A stretch of DNA of 64,000 bases, taken from the NCBI GenBank assembly GCA_963799845.1, contig CAWCYI010000004.1, positions 1,152,001 to 1,216,000 of the forward strand. Direction: 5' to 3'. The stretch's first letter is position 1. Every line of letters begins with the position of its first letter. Made by a program: the position numbers and the translations under genes. Below the pieces are notes generated by a model. It was given only the letters and a program-made list of their open reading frames with translations. It searched no databases and was not told the origin of the DNA. This DNA comes from an uncultured Nitrososphaerota archaeon. Lineage in GTDB: Archaea; Thermoproteota; Nitrososphaeria; Nitrososphaerales; CADDZS01. Of the stretch, positions 61,277 to 64,000 are shown one piece after another.

Positions 61277-62584
61277 TTAGGTCGAAAACAATCCGCATCC
61301 TTCGGCATATTTGATATTCGTCCCAAAATCTCGAGACAGTTTTGCCAGAGTGTCAACAACTTTTCGGCCTGTCTGTTCGTCGGCCAGTTCGGGATTGCCG
61401 GTTTCCGATGGCAGTCGGTCTTCATTCTTCAGAGTAATCGGAAATAACTTCATTCCCGCAATCCCGTCTTCGTCAAGCTCAAAGACTGAAACCACGCTTT
61501 GATACCACCATTCAGAATAGGGACTTTCTGACGGCGGAATGATGCCTTCCCGAGCGCTGTAAAAATCGGAAGGTTTTGCTCTCGCGCCAAGATTGTAGAA
61601 GTCATACTGGTCATTGGTAACTTTCTTGACACTATTGTTGTGTGCTATGAAGTTGCCCAAACTGTAGAAGATTGGTTTATTCTTGTAGATCTCTATCCCG
61701 CGCAGTATGTGCGGTCCGTGTCCGATGAAGACGTCCGCACCCGAATCAATGCAGGTGTGTGCGACGTCATGGATTAGATCCGAGGGATACTCAAGACCTG
61801 ATGAACTTGACGTATGGGAATGAAAAGAAACTAGTACCCAGTCCGCTAGTCTTTGAGCGTCTTCCACCGATTTTGCCAAATCCAGACGATCGTCAGGATG
61901 CACGGAATGAAAAGTGCCGGTCTTTTCACCGGACTTGAAACTATGTCCGAGGAATTCAATTTCTCCGTCCTTGAGAGAACTCTTGTGCCCGGATGGCGGA
62001 TTCAGCCCCGCTTCTCGAATGACACCTGAAAGCTCTTGGATTCTTTCGTTTCGAATCACGTGGTGACTCTTTACTCGTAAGAGGTTCATGCCAGGACGCG
62101 CGGGGAAGCCCGACCCTCCGTTGCTCGCCCTTTCCCATATTGAATGCCATGAGTCCCAACAGGCGGAAATCAATGCCACTCTTCCATCAGGCGTTTCCAG
62201 ATACTTGGCCTCCCTTGCCTCGTCCAGATCACGTCCGGCTCCGGCGCACACAATCCCCGAGTCGTCCAGAGCGCGTAACGTAGACAAGAGACCCTGCGGC
62301 CCAAAGTCTGTCGCGTGCGTATTCGCCAAGGATGTCATATTGAAGCCAAACCGGCGGAGTTCATCCGCCAGTGCCGGCTCGGCATACCAAAGCGTAGCGA
62401 CGCTTGCTCCTCTCGGCATCGGGTAGGATTCGCCGTTATGAAACAGGGACTCGCAATTCGTGAATCGGACGTCGGCTCTTTGAATGATTTCGGCTATCTT
62501 CTTAGAATATTGGAATGTCGATAGATTTTTCGCGATCATGGAATCTCCAGTCGCCGAAATCGTGATCTTTCTATTATGAACCAT
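61277..62584 (-). CDS. CapA/PGA_cap family metallophosphoesterase-fold protein
   Basis: GD, N.E, LANTH..DFG, GAG, H.H, GHGPH, YSLGNF. Confidence 0.85.
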   Translation of the reverse strand: MVHNRKITISATGDSMIAKNLSTFQYSKKIAEIIQRADVRFTNCESLFHNGESYPMPRGASVATLWYAEPALADELRRFGFNMTSLANTHATDFGPQGLLSTLRALDDSGIVCAGAGRDLDEAREAKYLETPDGRVALISACWDSWHSIWERASNGGSGFPARPGMNLLRVKSHHVIRNERIQELSGVIREAGLNPPSGHKSSLKDGEIEFLGHSFKSGEKTGTFHSVHPDDRLDLAKSVEDAQRLADWVLVSFHSHTSSSSGLEYPSDLIHDVAHTCIDSGADVFIGHGPHILRGIEIYKNKPIFYSLGNFIAHNNSVKKVTNDQYDFYNLGARAKPSDFYSAREGIIPPSESPYSEWWYQSVVSVFELDEDGIAGMKLFPITLKNEDRLPSETGNPELADEQTGRKVVDTLAKLSRDFGTNIKYAEGCGLFST

Positions 62585-62658
62585 AAATAGGAACCTCCTT
62601 CAGGTAACCAACTTTACTTTCATAAAGATCGGAATTTCCTCGTGAGTTTTTTCGAGCC

Positions 62659-63433
62659 TCATTGAGCCGTATATCCGCCGTCGATTACGAGTTCGCTTCC
62701 GGTGACGAAAGAAGATTCATCGGAGGCAAGAAACAGAATGCCAGCAGCTACTTCCTCGGGCTTCCCGGCGCGTCCCATTGGGACTCTGGAAAGAACGAAA
62801 TTCTTTCTGTCAGATGATTCCTTCCTGAACGTTGAGCCTTCTGTGTCAATAGGACCTGGATGTACAGAGTTTGCCCTAATATTGTCCTTCGCATACTGCA
62901 ACGCAGTCGCTTTGGTAAAGATTCGGATCGCGCCCTTTGATGCCTGATAGGCCGGATTCTCGAATGACGCGCCGACCAGACCAAACTGGGAGGATACATT
63001 CACGATCGAGCCGCCTCCAGAAGCTCGCATGAGCGGGATGGAGGCTTTGGTGCCGAGAAATACTCCCTTTGCATTCACGCTCTGGATCTTGTCCCAGACT
63101 TCCTCGCTGAGCTCCTCGACTGTCTTCGGGGTGTCAAAGATCGCAGCGTTGTTGACCAGCACGTCGAGCCTTCCAAAACGTGAGATCACGACGTCGATGG
63201 CACGTTGCCAGTCGCTTGAGTTTGATACGTCAACTCGAAGAAAGTGGCACGACTTTGGATAAATGTCGTTGATCTCATTCTGGAGCAGCTTTCCCTTTTC
63301 TTCGAGAATATCCGCGATTACCACGCTCGCGCCCTCCTCGGCAAACAGCATGGCAGTTGAGGCGCCTATCCCCCTCAGCTCCGCCGGTGATGATTGAGAC
63401 TTTTTCAGCCAGTCTCACTTCGCTCTCTCTCAT
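62659..63433 (-). CDS. Short-chain dehydrogenase/reductase; apparent frameshift in a G-run near 63372
   Basis: RLAEKVSIITGGAEG / ...NNAA, YQASK, VHPG, DGGYTAQ. Confidence 0.87.
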
Positions 63434-63447
63434 TTCATCCATTTCAG

Positions 63448-64000
63448 TTAGCGCCCAACTTCTCTCTGGAGAGATTCTCTCAATCCGTCGCCGAGCAAGC
63501 TGAAACCCGCTGCGACGATGACTATGACGACTGCTGGAATTAGGGCAAGCCATGGTGCCCGGAAAAGGTATGTCTGGTACTGCGCCACCATGAAACCCCA
63601 GTCCGGTTGCGGGGGTCTAACTGCGAGTCCGAGATACGCCAGGCCGGAGTAGGCTAGCACGACAGTTCCGACGTCGAGAGTCGCGTAAACCAAGAGAGTT
63701 GGGATGGCTATCCTGTAAATGTGCCTAAACACGATTCGGCGCAGACTTACCCCGGATAATTTCGCAGACTCGACAAAATTTGACTGCGAGAGTTTCAACG
63801 CTTCGGACCGCGCCAGCCTCGCGTACGCGGGCCACCAGATAATCGAAAGGGCGAACATGACGTTAACCGGACTCGGACCAAGCACGATCGTGATCGCAAT
63901 ACCGAGCACTATCGCCGGAACTCCGAAGAAGATGTCAGTAACCCTCATCAGGGCTTCGTCGGCCCAGCCCGAGAGGTAACCCGCGAGAGCCCCGAAAAAG
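63448..64000 (-). CDS. oppC: Oligopeptide ABC transporter permease, 5' end outside the window
   Basis: MRVTDIF, YARLAR.E, FVESA..G, P.PDWG, GDGLR. Confidence 0.88.
   Translation of the reverse strand, partial: FFGALAGYLSGWADEALMRVTDIFFGVPAIVLGIAITIVLGPSPVNVMFALSIIWWPAYARLARSEALKLSQSNFVESAKLSGVSLRRIVFRHIYRIAIPTLLVYATLDVGTVVLAYSGLAYLGLAVRPPQPDWGFMVAQYQTYLFRAPWLALIPAVVIVIVAAGFSLLGDGLRESLQREVGR

Noticed and set aside
61277-62584. Poly-gamma-glutamate capsule synthesis locus
   Set aside because: No capB/capC nearby; stand-alone CapA-domain proteins are common
719-63979. Numerous 60-200-aa ORFs antisense or out of frame to the called genes
   Set aside because: Shadow ORFs without motifs, overlapping well-supported genes

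Overview
Gene-dense archaeal-looking DNA. The TATA-box and leaderless gene starts, frequent TTG starts, F420-dependent LLM enzymes and Ser/Thr-rich membrane-anchored ABC binding proteins fit a heterotrophic, non-ammonia-oxidising Nitrososphaerota/Thermoproteota lineage (inference only). Most of the window is catabolic: three peptide/nickel-type (Opp/Dpp) ABC systems, an APC permease, several SDRs, PLP enzymes, amidohydrolases and peptidases. The standout is a ~3.42-kb AT-rich mobile element (24120-27542) inserted in the 3' part of an ABC substrate-binding gene. It has perfect 82-bp terminal inverted repeats (TIRs) and an 8-10-bp target-site duplication (TSD). One arm carries a retroviral-type (rve, IS3/IS481-like) DDE integrase core; the other carries a tightly coupled operon of ten tiny, virus-like ORFs, four of them Zn-finger-like. 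Both arms end on a TGA at the inner edge of the repeat. An IS701-family element (29284-30372, TATAC duplication) sits in the TATA region of the same gene. About a dozen genes carry apparent small frameshifts, most likely sequencing or assembly indels. No rRNA, tRNA or CRISPR array was recognised.
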